A DNA stretch of 21,396 bases from a virus (IMGVR_UViG_2531839486_000009), one strand, 5' to 3'; shown: positions 6,197-15,161, counted from the first letter of the stretch. Made by a program: numbers and translations. The notes: a model not told the origin generated them from the letters alone.

Positions 6197-6730
6197 ATGA
6201 ACGCAAAAATCAGATACGGCCTGTCGGCTGCCGTTTTGGCACTGATTGCCGTCGGTGCGCCCGCGCCTGATATTCTCGACCAGTTTCTGGATGAAAAAGA
6301 AGGTAACCACACAACGGCATACCGCGATGGGTCCGGCATCTGGACCATCTGTCGGGGTGCCACGATGGTGGATGGAAAACCCGTTTTTCCCGGTATGAAA
6401 CTGTCGAAGGAAAAATGCGACCAGGTCAACGCCATTGAGCGTGATAAGGCGCTGGCATGGGTGGAGCGCAATATTAAAGTACCACTGACCGAACCACAAA
6501 AAGCGGGTATAGCGTCATTCTGTCCCTATAACATTGGCCCCGGTAAGTGTTTCCCGTCGACGTTTTATAAGCGGCTGAATGCAGGTGATCGTAAGGGCGC
6601 ATGCGAGGCGATTCGCTGGTGGATAAAAGATGGTGGGCGCGATTGCCGCATACGTTCAAATAACTGCTATGGACAGGTTATTCGTCGTGACCAGGAAAGC
6701 GCATTAGCCTGTTGGGGGATAGAGCAGTGA
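6197..6730 (+). CDS. SAR endolysin (phage 21 R-like lysozyme, T4-lysozyme fold)
   Basis: N-terminal Gly/Ala-rich signal-anchor-release segment ([17 protein letters not shown]) followed by ...[20 protein letters not shown]..., consistent with the Glu-Asp-Thr catalytic arrangement of R21-type lysozymes. Confidence 0.9.
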   Translation: MNAKIRYGLSAAVLALIAVGAPAPDILDQFLDEKEGNHTTAYRDGSGIWTICRGATMVDGKPVFPGMKLSKEKCDQVNAIERDKALAWVERNIKVPLTEPQKAGIASFCPYNIGPGKCFPSTFYKRLNAGDRKGACEAIRWWIKDGGRDCRIRSNNCYGQVIRRDQESALACWGIEQ

Positions 6731-7188
6731 GCAGAGTCGCCGCGATTATTTATGCTTTGGTTATCTGCATCATCGTCTGCCTGTCGTGGGCGGTCAATCA
6801 TTACCGTGATAACGCCATCGCCTACAAAGAACAGCGTGATAAAAAAGTCAGTGAGCTGAAGCAGTCGATCGCCACCATCGCTGACATGCAGCAGCGTCAG
6901 CGTGATGTTGCTGCACTCGATGCAAAGTACTCGAGAGAATTAGCCAATGCGAAAGCTGAAAATGAAACTCTGCGCGCTGATGTTGCCGCTGGTCGTCGTC
7001 GGTTGCACATCAAAGCAGTCTGTCAGTCAGTGCGTGAAGCCACCACCGCCTCCGGCGTGGATAATGCAACCAGCCCCCGACTGGCAGACACCGCTGAACG
7101 GGATTATTTCACCCTCAGAGAGAGGCTGATCACTATGCAAAAACAACTGGAAGGAACCCAGAAGTATATTAATGAGCAGTGCAGATAG
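6727..7188 (+). CDS. Rz: i-spanin Rz
   Basis: Start overlaps the endolysin stop (GTGA; tool ORF opens at TTG 6712). N-terminal TM segment ([20 protein letters not shown]) followed by a charged coiled-coil region; embedded Rz1 in the +1 frame. Confidence 0.8.
   Translation: MSRVAAIIYALVICIIVCLSWAVNHYRDNAIAYKEQRDKKVSELKQSIATIADMQQRQRDVAALDAKYSRELANAKAENETLRADVAAGRRRLHIKAVCQSVREATTASGVDNATSPRLADTAERDYFTLRERLITMQKQLEGTQKYINEQCR
6947..7129 (+). CDS. Rz1: o-spanin Rz1 (lipoprotein embedded in Rz)
   Basis: 60 aa, entirely inside Rz in another frame. Lipobox LVVVGC after signal peptide [14 protein letters not shown]; proline-rich mature part ([14 protein letters not shown]). Confidence 0.8.
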   Translation: MRKLKMKLCALMLPLVVVGCTSKQSVSQCVKPPPPPAWIMQPAPDWQTPLNGIISPSERG

Positions 7189-7219
7189 AGCTGCCCATAT
7201 CGATGGGCAACTCATGCAA

Positions 7220-7513
7220 TTATTGTGAGCAATACACACGCGCTTCCAGTGGAGTATAAATGCCTAAAGTAATAAAACCGAGAAATCCATTTACGAATGT
7301 TTGCTGGGTTTCTGTTTTAACAACATTTTCTGCGCCGCCACAAATTTTGGCTGCATCAACAGTTTTCTCCTGTCCAATTCCCGAAACGAAGAAATGATGG
7401 GTGATGGTTTCCTTTGGTGTTACTGCTGTCGGTTTGTTTCCAACAGTAAACGTCTGTTGAGCACATCCTGTAATAAGCATTGCCAGAGCGGCAGAAAACA
7501 ACATTTTTTTCAT
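7220..7513 (-). CDS. bor: Bor lipoprotein (serum-resistance moron, Iss family)
   Basis: Start at the internal MKKM of tool ORF 7220..7561. Translation MKKMLFSAALAMLITGCAQQTFTV...ETITHHFFVSGIGQEKTVDAAKICGGAENVVKTETQQTFVNGFLGFITLGIYTPLEARVYCSQ is near-identical to lambda Bor as I recall it; lipobox LITGC. Confidence 0.9.
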   Translation of the reverse strand: MKKMLFSAALAMLITGCAQQTFTVGNKPTAVTPKETITHHFFVSGIGQEKTVDAAKICGGAENVVKTETQQTFVNGFLGFITLGIYTPLEARVYCSQ

Positions 7514-7693
7514 CTTATTATCCTGCATTGTTAAAAACGGCAGAATCCTATGTGACAACAATTAAACGATAGTTAAATGGATTGATGAAAATTAAAACTA
7601 TATAGGTGGATGCTCAGCCTATCGGAGGTAGTCAGGATTTGAATGTCAGTCTGTTGTCGGCATTCTGGCAACGCAATTTGGATAAAGCGGGGA

Positions 7694-7816
7694 TTAAAAA
7701 GATAGAGGCGAGCCGGTCAGGTAGAAATGAATCAGGCTCAAAGTGAAGCGGAAAAGGTCTGTGGCACAAGCTGATGCAGCCATAATTACAGCCTGATGAT
7801 TTGTGGAATGAAACAT
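7694..7816 (-). CDS. possible small hydrophobic protein (40 aa)
   Basis: Minus-strand ATG (+ strand cat 7814-7816) preceded by AAGGAGG at 6-nt spacing. Translation MFHSTNHQAVIMAASACATDLFRFTLSLIHFYLTGSPLSF; stop TAA. Confidence 0.3.
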   Translation of the reverse strand: MFHSTNHQAVIMAASACATDLFRFTLSLIHFYLTGSPLSF

Positions 7817-7896
7817 GTTGAACCTCCTTAATTGATGTTATTCGAGTGATGAAGGCATTCTGTCCTTCTATAGTGTCCAGTAAATCAAACAGGAAA

Positions 7897-7918
7897 CTTG
7901 TCCAACGTGTTGGACAAG
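7897..7918. repeat. perfect 10-bp inverted repeat (CTTGTCCAAC-gt-GTTGGACAAG)
   Basis: Seen directly; the arms are exact reverse complements with a 2-nt spacer; no T-tract follows. Confidence 0.9.
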
Positions 7919-8038
7919 CCTCTCCATTAGTGAGTTGTATTGATCACAACTCTACAAAGAATTCATTACTGGGTAGATGAAAATAGTTTCACTATGAATG
8001 GAGGAGGCTATGTCGGTGGCTTCTTCATTGGAGTACAT

Positions 8039-8389
8039 ATGCCCCCACGAATCCCACGCGCCTGCCGTAAGCGTGGATGTGCAGGTACAACCACAGACAG
8101 TTCTGGTTACTGCGATAAACATCGTGGCGAAGGATGGGTACAGCATCAACGCGGACTGAGCCGCCACCAGCGTGGCTATGGCTCGAAATGGGATGCCATA
8201 CGTGCGCGCATACTGAAGCGTGATAATCATCTGTGTCAGAACTGCCTGCGCAATGGGAGAGCCGTTGAAGCCAGAACTGTGGACCACATCATTCCGAAAG
8301 CTCATGGTGGCACGGATGCAGACAGTAACCTGCAGAGTCTGTGCTGGCCCTGTCATAAAGCAAAAACAGCGCGCGAACGCATCAATTGA
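8039..8389 (+). CDS. HNH endonuclease (terminase-associated)
   Basis: ATG 8039 with GGAG RBS; tool ORF opens at 7940. Translation has Cys-rich N-terminus and the HNH core ...VDHIIPKAHGGTDADSNLQSLCWPCHKAKT...; sits directly upstream of terS/terL as in HK97-like cos phages. Confidence 0.85.
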   Translation: MPPRIPRACRKRGCAGTTTDSSGYCDKHRGEGWVQHQRGLSRHQRGYGSKWDAIRARILKRDNHLCQNCLRNGRAVEARTVDHIIPKAHGGTDADSNLQSLCWPCHKAKTARERIN

Positions 8390-8536
8390 TAACAGTTCCC
8401 ATCTGTAGGGGAGGGGCAGGTCAAATCTCTGCAACCCTGGCTGCTCAGTACCGCCGCCTGACCTTTCCTCGCATCGCCGCAGGTTCGAAAACTTTTTTTT
8501 GGAATGTGATTAAATGATTGATAGGTAAAACCGATT

Positions 8537-9019
8537 ATGTCAGGACCCCTGAAAACCCCGCCACGCCTGCATTTGATACGAGGCAACCCCTCAAAGCGCC
8601 CCGTTAAAGACCCAAAAAAAACCGCTAAAAAGGATGAAAAATGTCTCCCTAAAATTCCGCAACATTTAGGGTCGCAGGGGAAGTACTGGTTCAGGCGAAT
8701 GGCGGAAGAACTGAATGCGGAAGGGATCATTTCTCAGCTTGATGCGCGTGCACTCGAGTTACTGGTGGAAGCCTACACCGAATACCGGCATCACTGCGAA
8801 ACACTCGATGTTGAGGGGTATACCTACCGCACGGAAACGCAGAACGGTGATGTGCTGATTAAGGCACACCCGGCTGCTGCGATGAAAGCGGATGCCTGGA
8901 AGCGGATCCGGGCGATGCTTGCAGAATTTGGTATGTCACCGGCAAGCCGGGCGAAAGTAAATACCGCCGGACCGGATGATGTTGATCCGCTGGCGGAGCT
9001 TTTAAAAGCGAGAGACTGA
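8537..9019 (+). CDS. terminase small subunit (P27-family-like)
   Basis: 160 aa, immediately upstream of and overlapping terL (ATGA). Basic N-terminus and length typical of HK97/P27-type TerS; family from recollection. Confidence 0.75.
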   Translation: MSGPLKTPPRLHLIRGNPSKRPVKDPKKTAKKDEKCLPKIPQHLGSQGKYWFRRMAEELNAEGIISQLDARALELLVEAYTEYRHHCETLDVEGYTYRTETQNGDVLIKAHPAAAMKADAWKRIRAMLAEFGMSPASRAKVNTAGPDDVDPLAELLKARD

Positions 9020-10776
9020 TGGCAAAAGTGGCTGACGGGATCCGCTACGCCGAACGTGTTGTTGCAGGAGAAATTGTCGCTGGCGAATTTGTCCGTCTGG
9101 CCTGTCAGCGTTTTCTTGATGATCTGAAGTACGGCGAAGAGCGGGGGATTTATTTTAGTGAACCCCGTGCGCAGCACATCCTTAATTTCTACAAATTTGT
9201 GCCCCATGTGAAAGGGGCGCTGGCAGGCCAGCCCATTGAACTGATGGACTGGCATGTATTTATCCTCATTAATATTTTTGGTTTTGTCATTCCGCTGGTG
9301 AATGAAGAGACCGGGGAAGTTGTCATGCGCAGCGATGGCAGCGGACGCCCGGTGATGGTGCGCCGGTTCCGGACGGCGTACAACGAAGTCGCCCGTAAAA
9401 ACGCAAAATCAACCCTGTCATCGGGTATCGGTCTGTATATGACGGGGGCAGATGGTGAAGGTGGTGCTGAGGTGTATTCAGCCGCAACCACGCGTGATCA
9501 GGCCAGAATCGTGTTTGAAGACGCCAAAAATATGGTCAGAAAAGCCCGGTCGACACTCGGGCGGTTGTTTGACTTCAACAAGCTGGCGATTTACCAGGAG
9601 CAGAGCGCATCAAAATTTGAACCGCTTTCCTCGGATGCAAACAACCTGGACGGTCTGAACATCCACTGCGCCATTATTGATGAGCTGCATGCTCATAAAA
9701 CCCGTGACGTGTGGGACGTTCTGGAAACGGCAACCGGTGCCCGTCTGCAGTCTCTGTTATTTGGCATCACCACGGCTGGCTTTAACAAGGAAGGGATTTG
9801 CTACGAGCAGCGCGATTACGCCATTAAGGTATTGCGAGGCTATAACAGCGACGTGGAGGGCGCGGTAAAAGACGACTCCTACTTTGCGATCATTTACACG
9901 CTCGATGAGGGAGATGATCCGTTTGATGAAACGGTCTGGCAGAAAGCGAATCCTGGCCTGGGCATCTGTAAACGCTGGGATGATCTGCGTCGTCTGGCGA
10001 AAAAAGCGAAGGAGCAGGTCTCTGCGCGGGTGAATTTTTTTACCAAACACATGAATGTGTGGGTCACTGCCGAATCTGCCTGGATGGATATGATTAAGTG
10101 GGAGAAGTGCGAATACATTGCTCCACAACATGAGCTGAAAACATATCCCATGTGGGTCGGCGTAGACCTTGCTCATAAGATTGATATCTGTGCGGCGGCA
10201 AAACTCTGGCGAACCGATAACGGACATGTTCATGCTGATTTTAAATTCTGGCTTCCGGAAGGACGGCTGGAGCGATGCTCGCGGCAGCAGGCAGAACTTT
10301 ACCGGAAGTGGGCGGAGATGGATAAGCTCATCCTGACGGATGGTGATGTTATCGATCATGCTCAGATAAAAAGTGACTTACTGGAATGGATTGGCGGTGA
10401 AAACCTCAGGGAACTGGGATTTGACCCGTGGAGCGCAATGCAGTTCAGCCTGGCACTGGCTGAAGAAGGGATACCGCTGGTGGAGGTTCCGCAGACGGTC
10501 CGCAATCTGTCAGAGGCCATGAAGGAAACGGAATCACTGGTTTATGCCGGGCGTTTCCATCACAGCAATCATCCGGTCATGAACTGGATGATGTCTAACG
10601 TTACGGTAAAACCGGACAAAAACGACAACATCTTCCCGAATAAATCCACGCCTGAAGCCAAAATCGACGGCCCTGTTGCACTTTTTACGGCCATGAGCCG
10701 CTTTCTGGTAAATGGCGGGGGCGTGAATGACTTTCTGTCCACGCTTGATCCTGATGAGGACCTGTTAATTCTGTGA
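9019..10776 (+). CDS. terminase large subunit
   Basis: 585 aa; Walker-A-like ...ARKNAKST..., conserved acidic nuclease-domain residues; position between terS and portal. Confidence 0.9.
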   Translation: MAKVADGIRYAERVVAGEIVAGEFVRLACQRFLDDLKYGEERGIYFSEPRAQHILNFYKFVPHVKGALAGQPIELMDWHVFILINIFGFVIPLVNEETGEVVMRSDGSGRPVMVRRFRTAYNEVARKNAKSTLSSGIGLYMTGADGEGGAEVYSAATTRDQARIVFEDAKNMVRKARSTLGRLFDFNKLAIYQEQSASKFEPLSSDANNLDGLNIHCAIIDELHAHKTRDVWDVLETATGARLQSLLFGITTAGFNKEGICYEQRDYAIKVLRGYNSDVEGAVKDDSYFAIIYTLDEGDDPFDETVWQKANPGLGICKRWDDLRRLAKKAKEQVSARVNFFTKHMNVWVTAESAWMDMIKWEKCEYIAPQHELKTYPMWVGVDLAHKIDICAAAKLWRTDNGHVHADFKFWLPEGRLERCSRQQAELYRKWAEMDKLILTDGDVIDHAQIKSDLLEWIGGENLRELGFDPWSAMQFSLALAEEGIPLVEVPQTVRNLSEAMKETESLVYAGRFHHSNHPVMNWMMSNVTVKPDKNDNIFPNKSTPEAKIDGPVALFTAMSRFLVNGGGVNDFLSTLDPDEDLLIL

Positions 10777-10934
10777 AACAGCTTATTACTGATATGACCG
10801 GGCTGATCGGTTTCGGTTTGCTCACTGCTGGCGTTTATCTGTATGCAGGTCTGCCAGCGTCTCTGATGCTGTCGGGCTGTTTGTTGCTGCTTTATGCACT
10901 GGTGGTGTCCATGAGGAGAAAACATGCTTCTTGA
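10773..10934 (+). CDS. possible small membrane protein (53 aa) between terL and portal
   Basis: GTG 10773 overlaps the terL stop. Translation VKQLITDMTGLIGFGLLTAGVYLYAGLPASLMLSGCLLLLYALVVSMRRKHAS shows two hydrophobic segments; overlaps the portal start. Below the tool's size cutoff. Confidence 0.3.
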   Translation: MKQLITDMTGLIGFGLLTAGVYLYAGLPASLMLSGCLLLLYALVVSMRRKHAS

Positions 10935-12150
10935 TGCTCTGTTTCGCAGTGAGCCTCTGGAAAATCCCTCGGTTCCGGTAACCGGAGAGGCCGCTGAGAC
11001 GGATAATATTTTTGCCCGGGATGTGTATGTCAGTCCGGAAACATCCATGAAGCTGGCTGCTGTCTATGCCTGTATTTATGTTATTTCATCCAGTGTGGCT
11101 CAGATGCCCCTGCATGTGATGCGAAAAACGAATGAGCATGTTCAGCCTGCACGCGATCATCCGTTGTTCTGGCTCGTTCATGATGAACCGAATGCCTGGC
11201 AGACCAGCTATAAGTGGCGGGAACTGAAGCAGCGTCATGTGCTGGGGGGGGGCAATGGTTATACGTGGGTAAAACGTAATCGTCGTGGAGAGGTTACCAG
11301 CCTTGAATGCTGTATGCCATGGGAAACTACGTTACTTAACACCGGTGGGCGTCATACTTACGGGGTGTATAACGAAGAGGGTGCATTTGCGGTAAGTCCG
11401 GACGACATGATCCATATCAGGGCGCTGGGAAACAATCAGAAAATGGGACTGAGCCCGATCATGCAGCATGCTGAAACCATTGGTATGGGAATGAGTGGCC
11501 AGCAGTATACCAGCGCCTTTTTTAACGGTAATGCCCGTCCTGCCGGTATTATTTCTGTGAAAAATGAACTGAACGAACAAAGCTGGGGCAGGCTTAAAAA
11601 TATGTGGCAGCGGGCGGTGACAGCGCTTCGCAGCCAGGAAAATAAAACCATGTTGCTGCCTGCGCAACTGGATTACCGCGCTCTGACAGTTTCTCCGGTG
11701 GATGCTCAGATCATTGATATGACCAAGCTGAACCGGTCGATGATTGCCGGGATTTTTAATGTCCCGGCGCACATGATTAATGACCTGGAAAAAGCCACAT
11801 TTTCGAATATTACGCAGCAGGCGATTCAGTTTGTTCGCTACACGATGATGCCCTGGGTTGCGAACTGGGAGCAGGAGCTTAACCGTCGCCTGTTTACCCG
11901 TACAGAACGGGCTGCCGGGTATTACGTTCGTTTCAACCTCACGGGGTTGCTCCGTGGGACCCCACAGGAGCGTGCGCAGTTCTATCACTTTGCCATTACA
12001 GATGGCTGGATGAGTCGGAATGAAGCCAGGGCATTTGAGGATATGAACCCGGTTGACGGTCTGGATGAAATGCTGGTCAGCGTAAATGCAGCAAATCCGT
12101 TGAATAACTTTAAAGATACGAAAGGCAAAGAGGAAAAGAACGATGAATGA
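10924..12150 (+). CDS. portal protein (HK97 family)
   Basis: 408 aa; GAGGAGAAAAC RBS; position after terL and before prohead protease; sequence character typical of HK97-type portals. Confidence 0.85.
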   Translation: MLLDALFRSEPLENPSVPVTGEAAETDNIFARDVYVSPETSMKLAAVYACIYVISSSVAQMPLHVMRKTNEHVQPARDHPLFWLVHDEPNAWQTSYKWRELKQRHVLGGGNGYTWVKRNRRGEVTSLECCMPWETTLLNTGGRHTYGVYNEEGAFAVSPDDMIHIRALGNNQKMGLSPIMQHAETIGMGMSGQQYTSAFFNGNARPAGIISVKNELNEQSWGRLKNMWQRAVTALRSQENKTMLLPAQLDYRALTVSPVDAQIIDMTKLNRSMIAGIFNVPAHMINDLEKATFSNITQQAIQFVRYTMMPWVANWEQELNRRLFTRTERAAGYYVRFNLTGLLRGTPQERAQFYHFAITDGWMSRNEARAFEDMNPVDGLDEMLVSVNAANPLNNFKDTKGKEEKNDE

Positions 12151-12742
12151 CCGTGAAACGCGCTGTTACAGCGGGGAGGTGCGGGCGGAACAATATGATA
12201 ATGCCCCGACCCACATTCTGGGGTATGGCTCGGGATTTAACAGTCGTTCAGAACCTCTGTGGGGATTTCGTGAAATCATCAAGCCGGGGGCTTTTGATGA
12301 TGTACTGAATGATGATGTACGTGGCTTGTTTAATCATGATCCTAATTTCATTCTCGGACGAAGTTCTGCCGGCACGTTGTCATTGTCGGTGGATGAACGC
12401 GGTTTACGTTATGACATTGTTGCACCGGATACTCCGACTATTTGTGACCTGGTGCTGTCTCCAATGTTGCGTGGTGACATTAATCAGTCCTCGTTCGCGT
12501 TTCGTGTCGCCCGTGACGGAGAGAGCTGGTATGAAGACGACGAGGGGATTGTTATCCGGGAAATCACGCGCATTTCTCGTCTGTATGACGTCAGCCCGGT
12601 GACATATCCGGCCTATCAGGACGCAGACTCTGGTGTCCGCTCAATGAAAGCCTGGCAGGAAGCGCGGGCGAGGGGTGCGCTGAAGAAAGCTGTTAACGAA
12701 CGAATGGCGCGTGAGCGTCTTTTGACCCTTCTTAATGCATAA
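12143..12742 (+). CDS. prohead maturation protease (HK97 family, S78-like)
   Basis: 199 aa; overlaps portal stop; lies between portal and major capsid gene; contains ...IKPGAFDDVL... typical of HK97 protease family as I recall. Confidence 0.8.
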   Translation: MNDRETRCYSGEVRAEQYDNAPTHILGYGSGFNSRSEPLWGFREIIKPGAFDDVLNDDVRGLFNHDPNFILGRSSAGTLSLSVDERGLRYDIVAPDTPTICDLVLSPMLRGDINQSSFAFRVARDGESWYEDDEGIVIREITRISRLYDVSPVTYPAYQDADSGVRSMKAWQEARARGALKKAVNERMARERLLTLLNA

Positions 12743-12756
12743 GGATACTACTGACG

Positions 12757-13974
12757 ATGAAACTTCATGAGATGAAGCAAAAACGAAACACCATTGCAAA
12801 GGATATGCGTGCACTGCATGAAAAAATTGGTGATAACGCATGGACTGATGAGCAACGGGCAGAGTGGAACAGGGCGAAAGCTGAGCTGGATGCGCTGGAT
12901 GAGCAAATCGCCCGTGAAGAAGAGTTGCGCCGTCAGGATCAGGCATATGTGGATGAGTCCGGGCCGGAAGAGCGCCAGAATAATGAGGCGGAGAACGGGA
13001 AAAAGGCGGTGGAAGAGAAGCGCGCTGCGGCATTTAACCGTTTTCTGCGTGCCGGATTTGCAGAACTGAATGCTGAAGAGCGTAATCTGATGCGTGAACT
13101 GCGGGCTCAGAGTGTAACAACGGATTCTCAGGGCGGATATACGGTGCCCACGCAGATGCGTAACAAAATCATTGACACCATGAAGGCTTATGGCGGGATT
13201 GCCAGTGTGGCGCAACTTCTGACCACATCAACCGGGCAGGATATCACCTGGTCAACGTCTGATGGCACGACTGAAGAGGGCGAACTGCTGGCGGAGAATA
13301 CAGCCGCAACGGAACAGGATGTGACGTTCGGGACCGCTATTCTGGGGGCTAAAAAGCTGTCATCAAAAATAATTCGTGTGTCCAATGAGCTGCTCCAGGA
13401 CAGTGGGGTGGATATTGAATCTTATCTGGCAAACCGTATTGCCCAGCGTATTGGTCGTGGAGAGGCAAAATATCTGGTTCAGGGGACCGGAACGGGATCA
13501 CCGTTACAGCCAAAAGGGCTGGCAGCGTCGGTGACGGGAACCATCCAGACTGCAGCCTCTGCCGCTTTCACCTGGAAAGAAATGAATGCCCTGAAACATG
13601 CTATTGATCCGGCATATCGTGGTGGGCCGAAATACCGCTGGGCATTCAATGATGCCACATTGCAGACTATTGAAGAGATGGAGGATGGACAGAAACGCCC
13701 GTTATGGCTGCCGGATATTGCAGGCGGTACGCCGGCTACTGTGCTGGGGATCCCTTATGTTATTGATCAGGCTATTGACGGGATTGGTACCGGAAAAAAA
13801 TTCATTTTCCTGGGGGATTTCAACCGCTTTATTATTCGCCGCGTTACTTATATGGAACTGAAACGTCTGGTTGAGCGTTATGCTGAGTTTGATCAGGTGG
13901 CATTTCTGGCTTTCCATCGTTTTGACTGTGTGCTGGAAGATGTGGCAGCCATCAAGGCGCTCACTGGCAAATAA
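12757..13974 (+). CDS. major capsid protein (HK97 fold) with N-terminal delta/scaffold domain
   Basis: 405 aa; AAGGA RBS. N-terminal ~100 aa are charged and coiled-coil-like (delta domain), followed by a capsid-like body; followed by a terminator. Confidence 0.9.
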   Translation: MKLHEMKQKRNTIAKDMRALHEKIGDNAWTDEQRAEWNRAKAELDALDEQIAREEELRRQDQAYVDESGPEERQNNEAENGKKAVEEKRAAAFNRFLRAGFAELNAEERNLMRELRAQSVTTDSQGGYTVPTQMRNKIIDTMKAYGGIASVAQLLTTSTGQDITWSTSDGTTEEGELLAENTAATEQDVTFGTAILGAKKLSSKIIRVSNELLQDSGVDIESYLANRIAQRIGRGEAKYLVQGTGTGSPLQPKGLAASVTGTIQTAASAAFTWKEMNALKHAIDPAYRGGPKYRWAFNDATLQTIEEMEDGQKRPLWLPDIAGGTPATVLGIPYVIDQAIDGIGTGKKFIFLGDFNRFIIRRVTYMELKRLVERYAEFDQVAFLAFHRFDCVLEDVAAIKALTGK

Positions 13975-13995
13975 CCACTCGTTGTTCAGTTACAG

Positions 13996-14018
13996 ACCGC
14001 GCCGACGCGGTTTTTTTA
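13996..14018 (+). terminator. intrinsic terminator after major capsid gene
   Basis: accgcg-ccga-cgcggt hairpin followed by ttttttt; a second hairpin gcccgca-cagtgtt-gcgggc at 14021-14040 follows. Confidence 0.6.
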
Positions 14019-14050
14019 TGCCCGCACAGTGTTGCGGGCAGGAGTTTCTG

Positions 14051-14368
14051 ATGGCAGCAATAGTGGAAAAACTCAGGGCGCAGTGCCGTATTGATACAGA
14101 TGATGCAACTGATGATGAGTTACTGATGCTGTATTTCCGGGCTGCCTGCCGCAAGGCAGAAAATTTTATCAACCGTAAGCTTTATGAGGAGACGGTGCCG
14201 GAAGGTGATCCTGAAGGGGTGCTTATAGCTGATGATGTTTTGCTGGCGCTCATGTTGCTGGTCGGGCACTGGCACGAAAACCGGGAAAATTCCTCAGATG
14301 TCAGCAAGGCACCAGTCCCGTTTGGTTTTTCTTCTCTGCTGGAGCCTTATCGTTTTATTCCTTTGTAG
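14051..14368 (+). CDS. head-tail connector protein (gp6-like)
   Basis: ATG 14051 with AGGAG RBS downstream of terminator; tool ORF 13871..14368 would span the terminator. 105 aa; first gene after the capsid gene. Confidence 0.7.
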   Translation: MAAIVEKLRAQCRIDTDDATDDELLMLYFRAACRKAENFINRKLYEETVPEGDPEGVLIADDVLLALMLLVGHWHENRENSSDVSKAPVPFGFSSLLEPYRFIPL

Positions 14369-14376
14369 GAGGAGAG

Positions 14377-14715
14377 ATGCAGGCGGGCAGATTACGTGAT
14401 CGCGTAATTATTCTGAATGTCACCACCGCCCGCTCTCTGTCAGGGCATCCGGTGGAGACGGTGACGGAGGGAGCTACCGTATGGGCAGAAGTTAAGGGTA
14501 TCAGCGGGAGGGAGATAATCTCAGGCGGAGCAGAAACCGCTCAGGCTACGGTCAGAGTCTGGATGAGATTCCGGCGCGATGTGACAGCGACTTCACGTCT
14601 GAAAGTGCTGACCGGTGCATTTAAAGGGGCCATTCTGGGTATAGAAGGTCCACCAATACCGGATGCACGCGCTACCCGGCTTGAAATACTCTGCAGCCTG
14701 AAGGGGAATGTGTGA
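14377..14715 (+). CDS. head closure / head-tail adaptor protein
   Basis: 112 aa; AGGAGGAG RBS. N-terminus MQAGRLRDRVIIL... is typical of phage head-tail joining proteins as I recall; synteny. Confidence 0.7.
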   Translation: MQAGRLRDRVIILNVTTARSLSGHPVETVTEGATVWAEVKGISGREIISGGAETAQATVRVWMRFRRDVTATSRLKVLTGAFKGAILGIEGPPIPDARATRLEILCSLKGNV

Positions 14716-15161
14716 TGGATTTCAGTCTTGATTTTTCCGGCCTGGCGGATATTGCACGGGATTTGGAGACGCTCAGCAGGGCAGAAAACAATAAGGTTCT
14801 GCGCGATGCCACCCGTGCCGGTGCTGAAGTTATGCGGGATGCAGTTGTTGAACGTGCGCCGGAGCGAACCGGGAAACTGAAGAAAAATGTGGTTGTTCTC
14901 ACTCAGCGTTCAAAGCGTCGGGGGGAAATTATCTCGGGTGTCCACATTCGCGGACGGAACCTGCGAACCGGAAACAGTGATAACAGCATGAAAGCCAGCG
15001 ATCCCCGAAATGCATTTTACTGGCGCTTTGTGGAGCTGGGAACGATAAACATGCCCGCGCATCCATTCATTCGCCCGGCTTTCGATACGACAGAGGAGCT
15101 GGCGGCGCAGGTTGCCATACAGCGAATGAATCAGGCTATTGATGAGGTCTTAAGTAAATGA
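14715..15161 (+). CDS. tail-component protein, HK97 gp10-like
   Basis: ATGA overlap with previous stop; AAGGGGA RBS. About 148 aa; synteny in head-tail joining module. Confidence 0.65.
   Translation: MDFSLDFSGLADIARDLETLSRAENNKVLRDATRAGAEVMRDAVVERAPERTGKLKKNVVVLTQRSKRRGEIISGVHIRGRNLRTGNSDNSMKASDPRNAFYWRFVELGTINMPAHPFIRPAFDTTEELAAQVAIQRMNQAIDEVLSK

Noticed and set aside
6122-6499. Minus-strand ORFs 6122..6499 and 6130..6471 antisense to the endolysin
   Set aside because: Entirely inside a well-supported SAR endolysin gene on the other strand; no RBS noticed.
7301-7534. + strand ORF 7301..7534
   Set aside because: Antisense to the confidently identified bor gene.
7952-8434. Minus-strand 160-codon ORF over the HNH gene
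   Set aside because: Antisense to the HNH endonuclease, which has clear motifs; likely spurious.
9757-10359. Minus-strand 200-codon ORF inside terL
   Set aside because: Antisense to the large terminase gene; typical shadow ORF.
11332-11988. Minus-strand 218-codon ORF inside the portal gene
   Set aside because: Antisense shadow ORF within a well-supported portal gene.
12641-13215. Minus-strand ORFs 12641..13033 and 12748..13215 over the protease/capsid genes
   Set aside because: Antisense to strongly supported structural genes; proline/histidine-rich low-complexity translations.
13871-14050. N-terminal extension of tool ORF 13871..14368
   Set aside because: Overlaps the capsid gene 3' end and spans the terminator hairpins; real start is ATG 14051 with AGGAG RBS.
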